Counted from the stretch's first letter, positions 1 through 10,655 are shown. The stretch is 64,000 nucleotides of DNA from Cellvibrionaceae bacterium (GCA_040880205.1 JBBDIU010000142.1:2884-66883); one strand, 5' to 3'. The notes: generated from the letters alone by a model not told the origin. Numbers and translations: made by a program.

Positions 1-435
1 AATAGTGGTGTTGATGCCAAAGCGCAATAGATTGGTTCCCGCCGCGCGCGGTTTAAGCTGCAAGGTGTTGTTGACCAGATAAATAGGCGCCTTGATGTTG
101 TAAAAGAAATTACCCACGCTCTGTCGCACGGAACCGGGAACCCTATTGATGTAACCCTTGCCAAGAGGAATCAGAATATAGCGATAACTCACATCGTTAA
201 AAGCGAAAATTGCACGGTTTACATTGATCAGGGGGTCGCGGTAATCCCGATAGGCAACGACAGTGGGATCAATATCGCCGGCTGGCGCGCCGTCGGCGTG
301 ACCCCCGAACTCCGGTGTCGCACCACTATCTTGCGGCGCCGTCGATGCACAGCCACCGGACAGCACGGCGGCCAACGACAACAGGCCGATGACCAGTAAG
401 CGGCGAACGGCCAATCGGCCGTCGGATCCGAGCAT
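1..435 (-). CDS. mlaA: VacJ/MlaA family lipoprotein (3' end runs off window)
   Basis: Not in the ORF track. Manual translation from ATG at 435 gives signal peptide and lipobox LSGG-C, then DPLINVNRAIFAFND...VGNFFYNI...LLRFGINTTI, typical of MlaA. Confidence 0.9.
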   Translation of the reverse strand, partial: MLGSDGRLAVRRLLVIGLLSLAAVLSGGCASTAPQDSGATPEFGGHADGAPAGDIDPTVVAYRDYRDPLINVNRAIFAFNDVSYRYILIPLGKGYINRVPGSVRQSVGNFFYNIKAPIYLVNNTLQLKPRAAGTNLLRFGINTTI

Positions 436-636
436 ATTTCCCCTCACCTACACCTCCTCAATCCCTTTTTCGGAGCGAATGGGACTGGGAGTCACAAAGC
501 AATTTTCGTGCTAATGCACCGGCTTGGGCTTTTACTCAGGTCAGGACGCCGGACGTCGGGGTTCTAGTGCCGATTTTGGCTGAATAGCTATACTCGAATT
601 AGTGGTTACTCCATTCACGATTGCTGGCGGCAGCGC

Positions 637-2520
637 ATGCGCTTGGTTCTGATAACACTACTGACAACAATGATGATCTCGGCAACGGCGGCGGCGCAAC
701 AGACGGGGGTTGTGGCGCTCGATCCGGATAGCGCCGACGGATTCATGCTGACGGCTGAACGCATGGAGTACTCAGCCACCGATCTCGAGTTGGGCTGGGA
801 CGAAATCGCGGTGAATGCCCTGGTTCAGTGGTCGATCCCTCATGCGGATACCGTGAGTGCGTGGACTCCAGATGGAGCCCAGTGGCTGCGGTTCAGGGTA
901 CGCAACACCGGTCAGGACGCCGAGGAATTTCGGTTGGAAATCCGTTGGCCACAATTGCAGCGCGTCGAAATGCGGGTGTTCGAAGACAATAGCTTCGGCC
1001 CGCTGCACCGCGCCGGAACGGATTACCCTCAAGCGAATACCAAAGGAATTAGCAAGAATATTGTGTTTCCGTTTTCCTTGGGGGCTGAGCGAGAGGCAGT
1101 CGTTTATGTGCGGGTAGTTGATTCCTACCTGGCCTATCTGCCCATCTTCTTATGGAGCAGTGATGCCCACGACCACCACGCGGATATGCGGCTGGTTATC
1201 TTCAGTGTGGCGCTGGGCGTCCTGCTGATAATGACCTTGTTCAACGCTTTCCTGTACCTATTCACTCGCGATCGCATGTATCTGGTGTACACCAATAGCG
1301 TGGCGAGTAGTCTGCTGGTGGTACTAGCCATTACCGGTCTGGGGCGGCTGCTGGTGTGGGGCGATCAGCCGTGGTTTGCGGATAACGCCTATCCAGTATT
1401 TGCCTCCTATTGTTTTCTGTCGGTTACCTACTTTTTTCGCGTATTTGTGGACCTCAAAAAGCACGGCGGCTGGGTATTGAAGTTTAACAGCGCGATTCTG
1501 CTCGTGTGGGTGGCGGTGCTGCTTGGCAATTTACTGGGCCTGCAAGGCCTGGCCATGTCGATCATGGGGCCCGTGGGAGTCATTGGAGCCGCTGTTGGAC
1601 TGATCAGTTCCGTGTACCTTTGGCGACGCGGCAGTCGGGCCGCGAAATATTTCAGTATCGCCTGGGCGCCCATTTGCTTGGTAACTTTTTACGGCATTCT
1701 GTCGCTGTTTGGTTTTGCCGGATATTTTTCCAGCCTGGAATACCTGCAATCCTACAGCTTTGTTTTTGAAATGGTGGTGTTGTCCGTCGCGCTGGCGGAT
1801 CGAATTAACAGCGAGCGGGAAGCACGGGAAAAGGCACAGACACTGGCGTTACAGCAACAAAAAGCGATTCTCCATCTCAAGGAAAAGATCAACACCGAGC
1901 TGGAAGAACGGGTTGATATTCGCACCCAGGAGTTGCGGTCGGTGTTATCCAAACTGGCACATGCCAACACCGAACTGGCCGCGCTTACCAAGGTCGATCC
2001 CCTGACAAAGATCCATAACCGTCGGCATTTCGATCAGATTGCCGAGATTGAAGTGCTGCGCGCCAGCCGCAGCAACCAACCCTTGTCGATGATGCTGATC
2101 GATATTGACCACTTCAAGTACGTTAACGACACTCATGGACACGTGGCCGGTGATCAGTGTTTGAAATTAATTGCAAAGGCGATCACTGAAGTGGTCGCGC
2201 GGGAAACCGATCATGTCGCCCGCTATGGCGGGGAAGAGTTTACAGTCATCTTGCCGGATACGGATCTCAGCAACGCCCTGTTGGTAGCCGAACGGGTTCG
2301 TCGCACAATTCAAAATATCAGCCTGATCTATGAGGGTAAGAGCATCCGTCTTACCGCCAGTATTGGCTGCGTGAGCACAGATGCGATGCGCGGTTTTGGG
2401 GTTGATCAATTGGTGAACGCTGCGGACAAGGCAATGTACTTGGCCAAACAAAAAGGGCGAAACCGAGTGGAAGGCGGATCCCTGAGCGAAAGCAAATCAT
2501 CCGAAACGCGGGCGCAGTAG
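637..2520 (+). CDS. 7TMR-DISM sensor diguanylate cyclase
   Basis: Signal peptide, periplasmic DISMED2-like domain (WLRF), about 7 TM helices, coiled coil, then GGDEF domain (DPLT, DIDHFK, RYGGEEF) with RxxD I-site (RETD). Confidence 0.92.
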   Translation: MRLVLITLLTTMMISATAAAQQTGVVALDPDSADGFMLTAERMEYSATDLELGWDEIAVNALVQWSIPHADTVSAWTPDGAQWLRFRVRNTGQDAEEFRLEIRWPQLQRVEMRVFEDNSFGPLHRAGTDYPQANTKGISKNIVFPFSLGAEREAVVYVRVVDSYLAYLPIFLWSSDAHDHHADMRLVIFSVALGVLLIMTLFNAFLYLFTRDRMYLVYTNSVASSLLVVLAITGLGRLLVWGDQPWFADNAYPVFASYCFLSVTYFFRVFVDLKKHGGWVLKFNSAILLVWVAVLLGNLLGLQGLAMSIMGPVGVIGAAVGLISSVYLWRRGSRAAKYFSIAWAPICLVTFYGILSLFGFAGYFSSLEYLQSYSFVFEMVVLSVALADRINSEREAREKAQTLALQQQKAILHLKEKINTELEERVDIRTQELRSVLSKLAHANTELAALTKVDPLTKIHNRRHFDQIAEIEVLRASRSNQPLSMMLIDIDHFKYVNDTHGHVAGDQCLKLIAKAITEVVARETDHVARYGGEEFTVILPDTDLSNALLVAERVRRTIQNISLIYEGKSIRLTASIGCVSTDAMRGFGVDQLVNAADKAMYLAKQKGRNRVEGGSLSESKSSETRAQ

Positions 2521-2582
2521 CGGACACATGGATGGTGCCAGGCCAACGTTCCGCTGACCTGACACTATTTGTATTCGAGCTC

Positions 2583-3992
2583 TTACAAGCAACGCATAAA
2601 TGCTACGATGGCCTGTTTTTCCCCTTCATTAAGATTGAGTTGCTGCACAAGGTTAAAGAACTCAACAGTGTCTTCCAGGGTTAAAAGACGGCCGTCGTGC
2701 AGGTAGGGAGGGGAATCCTTGATGCCCCGTAAGGTGAAGGTTTTGATCGGACCCGCCGGATGATCATAGTGGTCTGCCACCATTTTCGGTTCGTAGAATC
2801 TGTCGACGCGCAGATCGTGCATCAAGTTGTCCATGTAATGGGGCGGCTTGTGGCATTCAGCGCATTCTGCCTTGCCAAAGAACAACTCTTCGCCCTGCAA
2901 TTCTTGCTCCGTGGCCTTGGTGGGGTCGAGCCTGCCGAGTAAATTCAGTTTCGGCGCTGGCGGAAAGTCGAGCATGCTTTGAAATTGTCCCATTGCGGCA
3001 ACGGACGTCCCCCGGTCCAGCACGTTGAGACCTTTCTTGGCAGCGGTAACCTGATCCCCATCGAAGTAAGCGGTACGCTGCTCGAACTCCGTGAAATCTT
3101 CCACTGATCGGAGTGCGCGTTTGGAACCGTGAATTTGCTGGTCGAACATGCCGCGCAGACTAGGCGTTTCAATTCTGAAGCGCAGCGCCTGGGGGCGGGT
3201 ATCGGGGTTTAGATGGAAGCTGCCATTTGTATGTCCATTGGTATGACAGTCGAAGCAGGTGACACCGGTACTCGGTTCATCAACTTTTCTATCGGCCGTA
3301 GCGTTGAATTGTTGCTGCGGGAAGGGGGTGACCAGCAAGCGCAAGCCTTCCATCTGAAACGGGGTAAGCTTACCCTCGAAAAGTTCGTGAAAATTGCGAA
3401 TGGTAACCAGTTCGCCTTGGGTCACATCGCCCAGATCGGGACGATTGGTTAGAAACATGGGCGGCGGAAACTCGGGCAGCAGATGTTCGGGTAACACAAA
3501 ATCCACATCGAAGCGGTCTAAATTGCGGCTTTCCGCTTCTTGTATGGCTTCCACTTGTTGCGGATGAATTACCATACCGCCGGAAGCGTGTTTCACGTGG
3601 GGCAGCGGACGAAAACCTTCCGGCCAGACGCCTTGGTCCTTAATTTCTTCCGCTGTCATTTGGCCCAGTTGCTCCCAAGTGACACCATCTGGCAGTCGCA
3701 CCCGCACACCTTCCTGCACGCTTAGTCGTTCGCCGGACATCATCACGTCCGATGGCCGATTACTCAAATCGTAGCGCCGCCCCAGCAGCGCCTGATGGCT
3801 TTCCACGACGTCGTCGAGCTGCTCAATATCCTGCGCGCGCACTTCGTCGAATGGTGGTGTTACCACGGGAATATAGGTCTGCCGTTCGTTGACTGCTGGC
3901 GGCAGATTGGAATCCTGTGCCAGAGCCTCGAATGCGACCAGGGTTAGTGCCATCAAGCATACGGCAGCGCTTCGAATTGTTGTGTTGGTCAT
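2583..3992 (-). CDS. Secreted di-haem cytochrome c, cytochrome c peroxidase/MauG-like
   Basis: ATG at 3992 with RBS GGGAGG; signal peptide; two CxxCH motifs (CFDCH, CAECH); TPSLRG and KTFTLRG...PPYLHDG motifs. Confidence 0.8.
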   Translation of the reverse strand: MTNTTIRSAAVCLMALTLVAFEALAQDSNLPPAVNERQTYIPVVTPPFDEVRAQDIEQLDDVVESHQALLGRRYDLSNRPSDVMMSGERLSVQEGVRVRLPDGVTWEQLGQMTAEEIKDQGVWPEGFRPLPHVKHASGGMVIHPQQVEAIQEAESRNLDRFDVDFVLPEHLLPEFPPPMFLTNRPDLGDVTQGELVTIRNFHELFEGKLTPFQMEGLRLLVTPFPQQQFNATADRKVDEPSTGVTCFDCHTNGHTNGSFHLNPDTRPQALRFRIETPSLRGMFDQQIHGSKRALRSVEDFTEFEQRTAYFDGDQVTAAKKGLNVLDRGTSVAAMGQFQSMLDFPPAPKLNLLGRLDPTKATEQELQGEELFFGKAECAECHKPPHYMDNLMHDLRVDRFYEPKMVADHYDHPAGPIKTFTLRGIKDSPPYLHDGRLLTLEDTVEFFNLVQQLNLNEGEKQAIVAFMRCL

Positions 3993-4245
3993 CGACTTTC
4001 CTCCCAAAATTGCGGTTAAAGAGAGGAGAGAACCACAAGCAACCGTTGAGCCAAACGCCGGGGGCATAGTGTGCCAGACCGGTGGCGGAAGAAGATGCAG
4101 CGAGGCCCTTCTAATGAACGAATGGGCGAACTATGACATCCTGCTGAGTTGCGGACGCCTCTCGCTGAAGAATCCAAACGCCATTTGTTTGCAAATGCTG
4201 GAGTTCAGGATTGCAGAATGTGCAAGACTGAGGTGGTCATTTTGA

Positions 4246-4710
4246 CTAAATTTCATTTGCATTCTTTTGTTTTAGTTCGGCCCGGATTGTTTCTGCAATG
4301 GCTCGCTGTTCATCAATGGAAATAACGCTGTAATCGCGTTGCAAAAACCGTCGATCGGGATCACTCCGTCGGTATCGAGGCACAACATGCACATGGAAGT
4401 GCGGCTCGTGCTGCCCCGCCTTGGTTCCATTGTTTTGGAATATATTCATTCCAAGCGCGCCAAAGGCAATGGCCGCGGCCTTGGCTATTTGCCTTACCAT
4501 CGCATATACAGCCATGAGTTCTGGCTCGTCAATATCGAGGATACTTTCGCGATGCGCTCTTGGAATTACCAGCATGGCGCCGCGCTCGTACTGACGCTCA
4601 TCCACCTCGGCCGCGGCATACTCGTTTTTAGTGATGAACGCACATTCGCGATCGCCTGACAGATCCTGGCAGAAACTGCATTCTTCATAAGGGGGAAGTT
4701 CGAATTTCAT
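4246..4710 (-). CDS. HIT family hydrolase
   Basis: CSFC N-terminal motif and NNGTKAGQHEPHFHVHVVPR histidine triad. Confidence 0.92.
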   Translation of the reverse strand: MKFELPPYEECSFCQDLSGDRECAFITKNEYAAAEVDERQYERGAMLVIPRAHRESILDIDEPELMAVYAMVRQIAKAAAIAFGALGMNIFQNNGTKAGQHEPHFHVHVVPRYRRSDPDRRFLQRDYSVISIDEQRAIAETIRAELKQKNANEI

Positions 4711-5023
4711 CACGCCTTCTTTCATGTCTGCTTGGCTGGGACGCCGCCCGCATTATACAGGTAAGCCGGTGGTTCACCGCAAAACAACATCGCTGCTATC
4801 GGTCTCCCAACTCTGGATATCCGCGACTGGCGTCGATCGAACAGGAAGATACTGATAAACACTACTTAACCTTTTTGCCCGATGAAACCCGGAGCCTATT
4901 AGCAGTACACTCAGCGTCGCGCAATACCAATAAATAACGCGGGCGAGCAGCGCGGCTGATCTAGCCACAGTTTATCCGCGGCAATGAAGCACCTAAATCA
5001 ATGCCATGAGGGAGTAAATCAAT

Positions 5024-6187
5024 ATGAACAAACTGACAGGACCATTGGCGCTGAGCGCCGCGATGGCCCTTGCCCTGCCCCTGACGGGGCTCGCGGAGCA
5101 AGGCGCCATCGATTATAGCGATAAGGACAACTGGCTGTGTCGCCCAGATAACTTGCGCGCCTGCGATACCGACATGAGCTCCACGGTGGTGATGGCCGAC
5201 GGCTCCATGACCACGGAAACCTGGTCACGGAATGACGATGCCCAGATCGACTGTTTTTACGTCTATCCCACCGTGTCCCGGGACACTACGCCCAACAGTG
5301 ACATGGAAGCTGGGCCGGAAGAATTGAACGTGATTCGCCAACAGTTTGCCCGTTTCGGTTCACAGTGTCGGACCTTCGCGCCGCTTTATCGCCAGGTGAC
5401 CCTGACCGCCTTGCGCGCCGGCATGTCCGGCGACGGTCAAGGCATGAATCCAGACCGGCAACTGGGTTACAACGACGTGGTAAACGCCTGGAACTACTAT
5501 CTGGAAAATCACAACGATGGTCGGGGTGTGGTGTTAGTCGGTCATTCCCAGGGCTCCGGGGTCTTGAGCCGCATGATTGCCGCCGAAATTGAAGGCAAGC
5601 CAATTCAAAAGCAAATTATCTCCGCACTAATTCTTGGCAGTAATGTGCAGGTACCCGAAGGCAAAATGCTCGGCGGCACGTTTAAGGAAATGCCTCTCTG
5701 TCAATCCGGTAGTGAAATTGGCTGTGTGGTTACCTATGCCTCCTTTCGCTCCACGGTACCGCCGCCCGCCAACAGCTTGTTCGGCCGGGGCGGCGATAAT
5801 ACCGTCAGCGCCTGCACCAACCCGGCACAATTGGCAAAAGGCAGCAAGGAGTTGCACGCCTATCTGGGCAATAGCACCATGGAAGACAGCTCCTCCGCCC
5901 CACCCCGGCCCTGGTCAGACAATGGCGACAAGGTAACAACGCCTTTTGTCAGCGTCCCCGGTCTGCTCTCGGCGGAATGCGTATCCAACGAACGCGGCTC
6001 CTATCTCGAGGTCACGGTGCACGGCGATCGCAATGATCCGCGCACCGATGATATCGCCGGCGATGTGATGAGCGCGGGGGAAATCAATGCAGGTTGGGGT
6101 TTGCACTTGATAGACGCAAACCTGGCCATGGGTGACCTGGTGACCCTGGTTGGCAAGCAAGCCAAAACCTATCTCGCCCAGCAATAA
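5024..6187 (+). CDS. DUF3089 family secreted alpha/beta hydrolase
   Basis: Signal peptide; DCFYVYPTVS, FAPLYRQ, GHSQG nucleophile elbow, C-terminal LH. Confidence 0.85.
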   Translation: MNKLTGPLALSAAMALALPLTGLAEQGAIDYSDKDNWLCRPDNLRACDTDMSSTVVMADGSMTTETWSRNDDAQIDCFYVYPTVSRDTTPNSDMEAGPEELNVIRQQFARFGSQCRTFAPLYRQVTLTALRAGMSGDGQGMNPDRQLGYNDVVNAWNYYLENHNDGRGVVLVGHSQGSGVLSRMIAAEIEGKPIQKQIISALILGSNVQVPEGKMLGGTFKEMPLCQSGSEIGCVVTYASFRSTVPPPANSLFGRGGDNTVSACTNPAQLAKGSKELHAYLGNSTMEDSSSAPPRPWSDNGDKVTTPFVSVPGLLSAECVSNERGSYLEVTVHGDRNDPRTDDIAGDVMSAGEINAGWGLHLIDANLAMGDLVTLVGKQAKTYLAQQ

Positions 6188-6204
6188 TCATCCCGGGCCT
6201 TGCC

Positions 6205-6232
6205 AAAAGCCGCCTGCAGTGGCGGCTTTTTT
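6205..6232 (+). terminator. Rho-independent terminator
   Basis: AAAAGCCGCC-TGCAGT-GGCGGCTTTTTT just after the DUF3089 stop. Confidence 0.9.
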
Positions 6233-6330
6233 ATGTGCCTCGCTTGAAGGTCAGGCTCGGGGGTTATTGTAGACAGCCAATCCCGGTATACTTTGCCGCT
6301 TTACAGGCGCCTCCTTGTGAGCTTGAGCAC

Positions 6331-6510
6331 ATGACTGAACATTTCACCCGACAGTATTTCACCCGGAAAGGTCGAACATGGACGCGAGGCGCATGTGCGC
6401 TCATACTACTGTGCACGGCATTGAGCCTATCCGCTTGTGGACAGAAGGGCCCGCTCTACCTTCCGCAACCGGAACCCGCACCGGAAACGGAACCCGCCGA
6501 GGAAAATTGA
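6331..6510 (+). CDS. lptM: LptM/LppL (YifL) small lipoprotein
   Basis: LSAC-GQKGPLYLP signature directly upstream of lysA-dapF. Confidence 0.9.
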   Translation: MTEHFTRQYFTRKGRTWTRGACALILLCTALSLSACGQKGPLYLPQPEPAPETEPAEEN

Positions 6511-6565
6511 TTCGGCGAGCGATTTCCTAAATGCTAAGCAATTCCCTAAACATTAAAGAGTCATC

Positions 6566-7819
6566 ATGAACCCCTTTGAATACCGCGACGGCGAAATGTA
6601 CGCCGAACAAGTCAGGCTTGCTCAGATCGCCGAGCAAGTAGGCACGCCCAGCTATGTATACAGCCGCCAGGCGCTGCTGGATGCATACCAGCAGTATGTG
6701 GATGCCTTGGGCGATCACCGGGGCATGGTTTGCTACGCGGTAAAGGCCAATTCCAACCTGGCCGTGCTGAGCGTGTTGGCCGAGGCCGGCGCCGGGTTTG
6801 ACATTGTTTCCGGCGGCGAGCTGGAGCGTGTGCTCAAAGCCGGTGGCCAGCCGGAAAAAATTATATTTTCCGGAGTCGGCAAAAGCCGGGCGGAAATGCG
6901 CCGCGCTCTGGAAATGGGTATTGCCTGTTTCAACGTGGAGTCCATTTCCGAAATCGATCATCTGGCGGAGGTGGCTGAAGAGTGCGACATCGTCGCACCG
7001 GTTTCTCTGCGGGTTAACCCCAATGTGGATGCCAAAACCCATCCCTACATTTCCACCGGTCTGCAACAAAACAAATTCGGGATTGGCATTGCGGTGGCCC
7101 AGGAAGCCTACGAGTATGCCCACAGTTTGCCGGGCCTGGAGATCAAGGGCATCGACTGCCACATCGGTTCACAGCTGACCGATGTGAGCCCCTTGCTGGA
7201 AGCTTGTGATCGCCTGCTGGAACTGCACGATAGCCTGACGGCCAAGGGCATTGCCATTAGTCATTTGGATTTGGGCGGCGGGCTAGGGGTTGTGTACCGT
7301 GATGAAACCCTGCCATCGATTGCCGAGTATTTTGCCCAAGTAAAAGAAAAAGTCGGCAAGCGTAACCTTGCCCTGCTGTGCGAGCCGGGCCGATCTATTA
7401 CCGCCAACGCGGGCATGCTTCTGACGCGAGTCGAATATTTGAAAGAGGCCCGCCACAAAAATTTTGCGATTATCGACGCAGCCATGAACGATTACTTGCG
7501 GCCCGCCCTTTACCAGGCTTGGCAACATATACGCCCCGTGCGCGAACCAACCGGCGAGGCGGAAGAAAAAATCTGGGATGTTGTAGGACCGGTGTGCGAG
7601 TCCGCGGACTTTATCGGCCACGATCGGACCTTGGCCTTGCAGGAGGATGACTTGCTGGCAATTATGTCCGCCGGCGCCTACGGTTTTGTAATGAGCTCCA
7701 ATTACAACAGTCGCGGCCGCGCGGCGGAAGTGATGGTAAGTGGCTCGCATTTTCAAGTGGTACGGCAACGGGAAAGTTTCGCCGACCTGATCCGCGGCGA
7801 ATCCACTTTTGTGGGTTAG
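6566..7819 (+). CDS. lysA: Diaminopimelate decarboxylase
   Basis: YAVKAN PLP lysine, HIGSQ, EPGR, GPVCESAD, GAYG motifs. Confidence 0.98.
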   Translation: MNPFEYRDGEMYAEQVRLAQIAEQVGTPSYVYSRQALLDAYQQYVDALGDHRGMVCYAVKANSNLAVLSVLAEAGAGFDIVSGGELERVLKAGGQPEKIIFSGVGKSRAEMRRALEMGIACFNVESISEIDHLAEVAEECDIVAPVSLRVNPNVDAKTHPYISTGLQQNKFGIGIAVAQEAYEYAHSLPGLEIKGIDCHIGSQLTDVSPLLEACDRLLELHDSLTAKGIAISHLDLGGGLGVVYRDETLPSIAEYFAQVKEKVGKRNLALLCEPGRSITANAGMLLTRVEYLKEARHKNFAIIDAAMNDYLRPALYQAWQHIRPVREPTGEAEEKIWDVVGPVCESADFIGHDRTLALQEDDLLAIMSAGAYGFVMSSNYNSRGRAAEVMVSGSHFQVVRQRESFADLIRGESTFVG

Positions 7820-7831
7820 GGCTGAATCCAA

Positions 7832-8662
7832 ATGCGAATCCGTTTCACAAAGATGCACGGCTGCGGTAATGACTTCATCTTGATCGATTGCGTTACCCAG
7901 TCTGTTCGCCTCACCCCGGAAAACGTTCGCTTGCTTGCCGATCGCCATTTCGGCATTGGTTGCGATCAGCTGTTGCTGGTGGAACCACCGACGCAAGCCC
8001 ACATGGATTTTCGTTACCGCATATTTAACAGCGATGGTAACGAAGTAGAACACTGTGGCAATGGTGCGCGTTGCTTTGCCAAGTTCGTGCGCGACCGACG
8101 CCTGACCGCTAAATCCAGTATCAAGGTCGAAACACCGAAAGGAATGATGACACTGGAGGTGTTGGCTAACGATCAAGTCGCCGTGGACATGGGAGTGCCC
8201 GTATTGGAACCCGAGGATATTCCCTTTGTGGCGGAAGGCCGGTCGGAAACCTACAGCCTGGATATGGACGGCGAAACGCTAAGCATTGCGGCAGTGTCCA
8301 TGGGCAACCCCCATGCGGTACTGGTGGTGCCCAATACCGCGGATGCCCCGGTACGAGCTTTGGGAGAAAGGATTCAGCAACACTCGCGTTTTCCCCAAGG
8401 TGTTAATGTGGGCTTTATGGCGGTATTATCGTCGGACGAGATCGATTTGCGGGTGCTGGAGCGCGGCGCGGGCGAAACCCTGGCCTGCGGGACTGGTGCC
8501 TGCGCCGCGGTGGTGGCTGGCCGCTTACAAGGCCTACTTGACGAACAGGTTAAGGTCAACCTGCCCGGTGGCAGCTTGACTATTTGCTGGGCCGGAGATG
8601 GCCAGCCGGTGATTAAGACCGGGCCCGCCACCACCGTGTTCCACGGTCAGATTAACCTATAA
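7832..8662 (+). CDS. dapF: Diaminopimelate epimerase
   Basis: [35 protein letters not shown]. Confidence 0.98.
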   Translation: MRIRFTKMHGCGNDFILIDCVTQSVRLTPENVRLLADRHFGIGCDQLLLVEPPTQAHMDFRYRIFNSDGNEVEHCGNGARCFAKFVRDRRLTAKSSIKVETPKGMMTLEVLANDQVAVDMGVPVLEPEDIPFVAEGRSETYSLDMDGETLSIAAVSMGNPHAVLVVPNTADAPVRALGERIQQHSRFPQGVNVGFMAVLSSDEIDLRVLERGAGETLACGTGACAAVVAGRLQGLLDEQVKVNLPGGSLTICWAGDGQPVIKTGPATTVFHGQINL

Positions 8663-8724
8663 TGACATTACGCACCGTCAAATGAAATTACACACGATCG
8701 GCAACTCTCATAAAAGTTGGCATT

Positions 8725-9423
8725 ATGACCAAGCAAGCATCCGATAATAAAAAAGCCGGCATTAGTGAAAGGGACGTTTGCGCCTATTTGCGCGAACACA
8801 ACGATTTTTTTGTGAGTCATCCCGAGCTGCTGGAAAGCATCAACCTGCCCCACGAAAGCGGCGACGCCGTCTCCCTGGTGGAGCGACAAGTGGCCTTGCT
8901 GCGCGAACGCAATATCGACATGCGCCACCGGTTGAGCAAATTGTTGGACAACGCGCGTGACAACGACAAATTATTCGACAAAACCCGACGCTTGATTCTC
9001 ACGCTTCTCGAGGGACGCTCGTTGAGCGAGTTGGTCGATACGGTTCTATTTAGTTTTGATCGCGACTTTGCTATTCCCTATACCAGCCTGGTTCTATTTG
9101 GCGATGCGGCGCGACTTCCCGAGTGCAGCGCACACATCTGCGGTGTTCATGACGCACGACATGCGGTGGGCCGCATTCTGACGGCAAACAAGGCAATTTG
9201 CGGCGACTTTTCCGCGTCGGAATTGCAGTTCCTGTTTCCTGGCCAGGCCGAACAAGTTGGCTCCGCCGCAGTTGTACCCCTGCTCCATGGCAATTGTTTC
9301 GGATTGCTGGCGGTGGGCAGCAACGATCCTAATTACTACCGGTCCAGCATGGGGACTTTGTTTCTCGGTCATATCGCTGAAGTATTGAACCGCCTGCTGC
9401 CTAAGTATTTGGCCCGGCATTAG
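8725..9423 (+). CDS. DUF484 (YigA) family protein
   Basis: AVSLVERQ...LR motif, MGTLFL C-terminus; located between dapF and xerC. Confidence 0.92.
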   Translation: MTKQASDNKKAGISERDVCAYLREHNDFFVSHPELLESINLPHESGDAVSLVERQVALLRERNIDMRHRLSKLLDNARDNDKLFDKTRRLILTLLEGRSLSELVDTVLFSFDRDFAIPYTSLVLFGDAARLPECSAHICGVHDARHAVGRILTANKAICGDFSASELQFLFPGQAEQVGSAAVVPLLHGNCFGLLAVGSNDPNYYRSSMGTLFLGHIAEVLNRLLPKYLARH

Positions 9424-9529
9424 TATTTCGCCCGCTTATTTTCGGCCAAAGGTTCTACGAGAGACGCTTTCGCAAACCTTTGCGCTCAACGCGCGGCGAA
9501 TTACGGCGGGTGAGAATGGGTGAGGAAGG

Positions 9530-10444
9530 ATGGTGAAAGACTGCCCCATCGACAAGGCCATCGTCCAGTTTCTGCGACATATAGCCGTGGAAAAGCAGCT
9601 TTCCGCTCATACCGGCGCCGCCTACCGGCGCGACCTGAACAATCTTCTCCAATACTGTAAAACACACTCGCTGGGCGCTACCCGCGCGATTCAGCCCCAT
9701 CACATGCGCCATTGCCTGTCCCAGCTCCATAGAAAAGGGCTCTCGGCCCGGAGCCTGCAACGCTGGTTAAGCGCCTGCCGTTCGTTTTTTAGTTTTTCCC
9801 TGCACCGTGAATGGATGACCAAGGATCCGTTGGCTGGCATCCAGGGGCCAAAAGGCGAGCGGCATTTACCCGCCACGCTTGACGTGGATCAGGCAGCTCA
9901 ATTAATAGAACTGAAGGGCGACGGTTTTATTTCCCGGCGGGATCGCGCCATGCTGGAATTAATGTATTCCTGTGGCCTGCGCCTGAGTGAAATGGTTCAC
10001 CTGGATCTGGCGGCAATCGATTTTGCAGCGGCTGAATTACGAGTGACGGGCAAAGGCAAGAAAATGCGCATCCTCCCCATCGGCGGATTCGCGCTGGACG
10101 CCGTGAAAGCCTGGTTGAGGGTTCGTGCGGAATGTCGGCAAGCCGATGAATATGCCTTGTTTATTTCCCAACGCGGTACGCGCTTGCAAGCACGCGCAAT
10201 CCAGAAGCGCTTCGCCAAAATTGGTATTAGCCAGGGCGTGGATACACCGGTCCACCCCCACATGCTGCGCCATTCCTTCGCCAGCCATATGCTGGAATCC
10301 AGCGGCGACTTGCGCGCGGTACAGGAATTACTGGGCCACGCCAATATATCCACGACCCAGATTTACACCCATCTGGATTTCCAACACCTGGCCAAAATAT
10401 ACGATAGCGCCCATCCCCGCGCCCACCGCAAAAACAAGCCCTAG
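9530..10444 (+). CDS. xerC: Tyrosine recombinase XerC
   Basis: GLRLSE, GKGKK, HPHMLRHSFASH, LLGHANISTTQIYTH; dapF-yigA-xerC synteny. Confidence 0.96.
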   Translation: MVKDCPIDKAIVQFLRHIAVEKQLSAHTGAAYRRDLNNLLQYCKTHSLGATRAIQPHHMRHCLSQLHRKGLSARSLQRWLSACRSFFSFSLHREWMTKDPLAGIQGPKGERHLPATLDVDQAAQLIELKGDGFISRRDRAMLELMYSCGLRLSEMVHLDLAAIDFAAAELRVTGKGKKMRILPIGGFALDAVKAWLRVRAECRQADEYALFISQRGTRLQARAIQKRFAKIGISQGVDTPVHPHMLRHSFASHMLESSGDLRAVQELLGHANISTTQIYTHLDFQHLAKIYDSAHPRAHRKNKP

Positions 10445-10577
10445 CCCGAATATTTCACCAAACCGCGCGGAATACGACTGCGACTCAACCTCACAGGGCC
10501 CGGCGCCATCAAATTGGCATTTGGTGATCCGGGCTAGACTGTGGCGGCAAAGTTCTCCACTCTGACAATACTTAAAC

Positions 10578-10603
10578 AAAAAACCCCCGGATTTACCGAG
10601 GGC
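10578..10603 (-). terminator. Rho-independent terminator of sutA
   Basis: Minus strand CCCTCGG-TAAAT-CCGGGGG then T6. Confidence 0.75.
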
Positions 10604-10620
10604 CTGTTACTCATTGTCTT

Positions 10621-10650
10621 ACTAGCGACTAGTGTCTAGAGACTAGCGAC
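10621..10650. repeat. CTAG-containing heptamer tandem array (4 units)
   Basis: ACTAGCG ACTAGTG TCTAGAG ACTAGCG AC. Confidence 0.85.
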
Positions 10651-10655
10651 TTTTT

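Noticed and set aside
3589-3604. parS-like TGTTTCACGTGGGGCA (and GGTTCCACGTGGCAAC at 16350-16365)
   Set aside because: Two or more mismatches in one arm and both lie inside CDSs; half-sites at best.
4061-4076. TGGCAC on the minus strand upstream of the di-haem cytochrome, as a sigma54 promoter
   Set aside because: GC lies at N8, not the required N10 spacing.
9404-9447. Imperfect direct repeats AGTATTT(G/C)GCCCG at the end of the DUF484 gene
   Set aside because: Short and degenerate; probably a local duplication with no sign of function.
9530-10444. Tyrosine recombinase as a phage or island integrase
   Set aside because: It is housekeeping xerC in its normal dapF-yigA context; no att site, tRNA or cargo.
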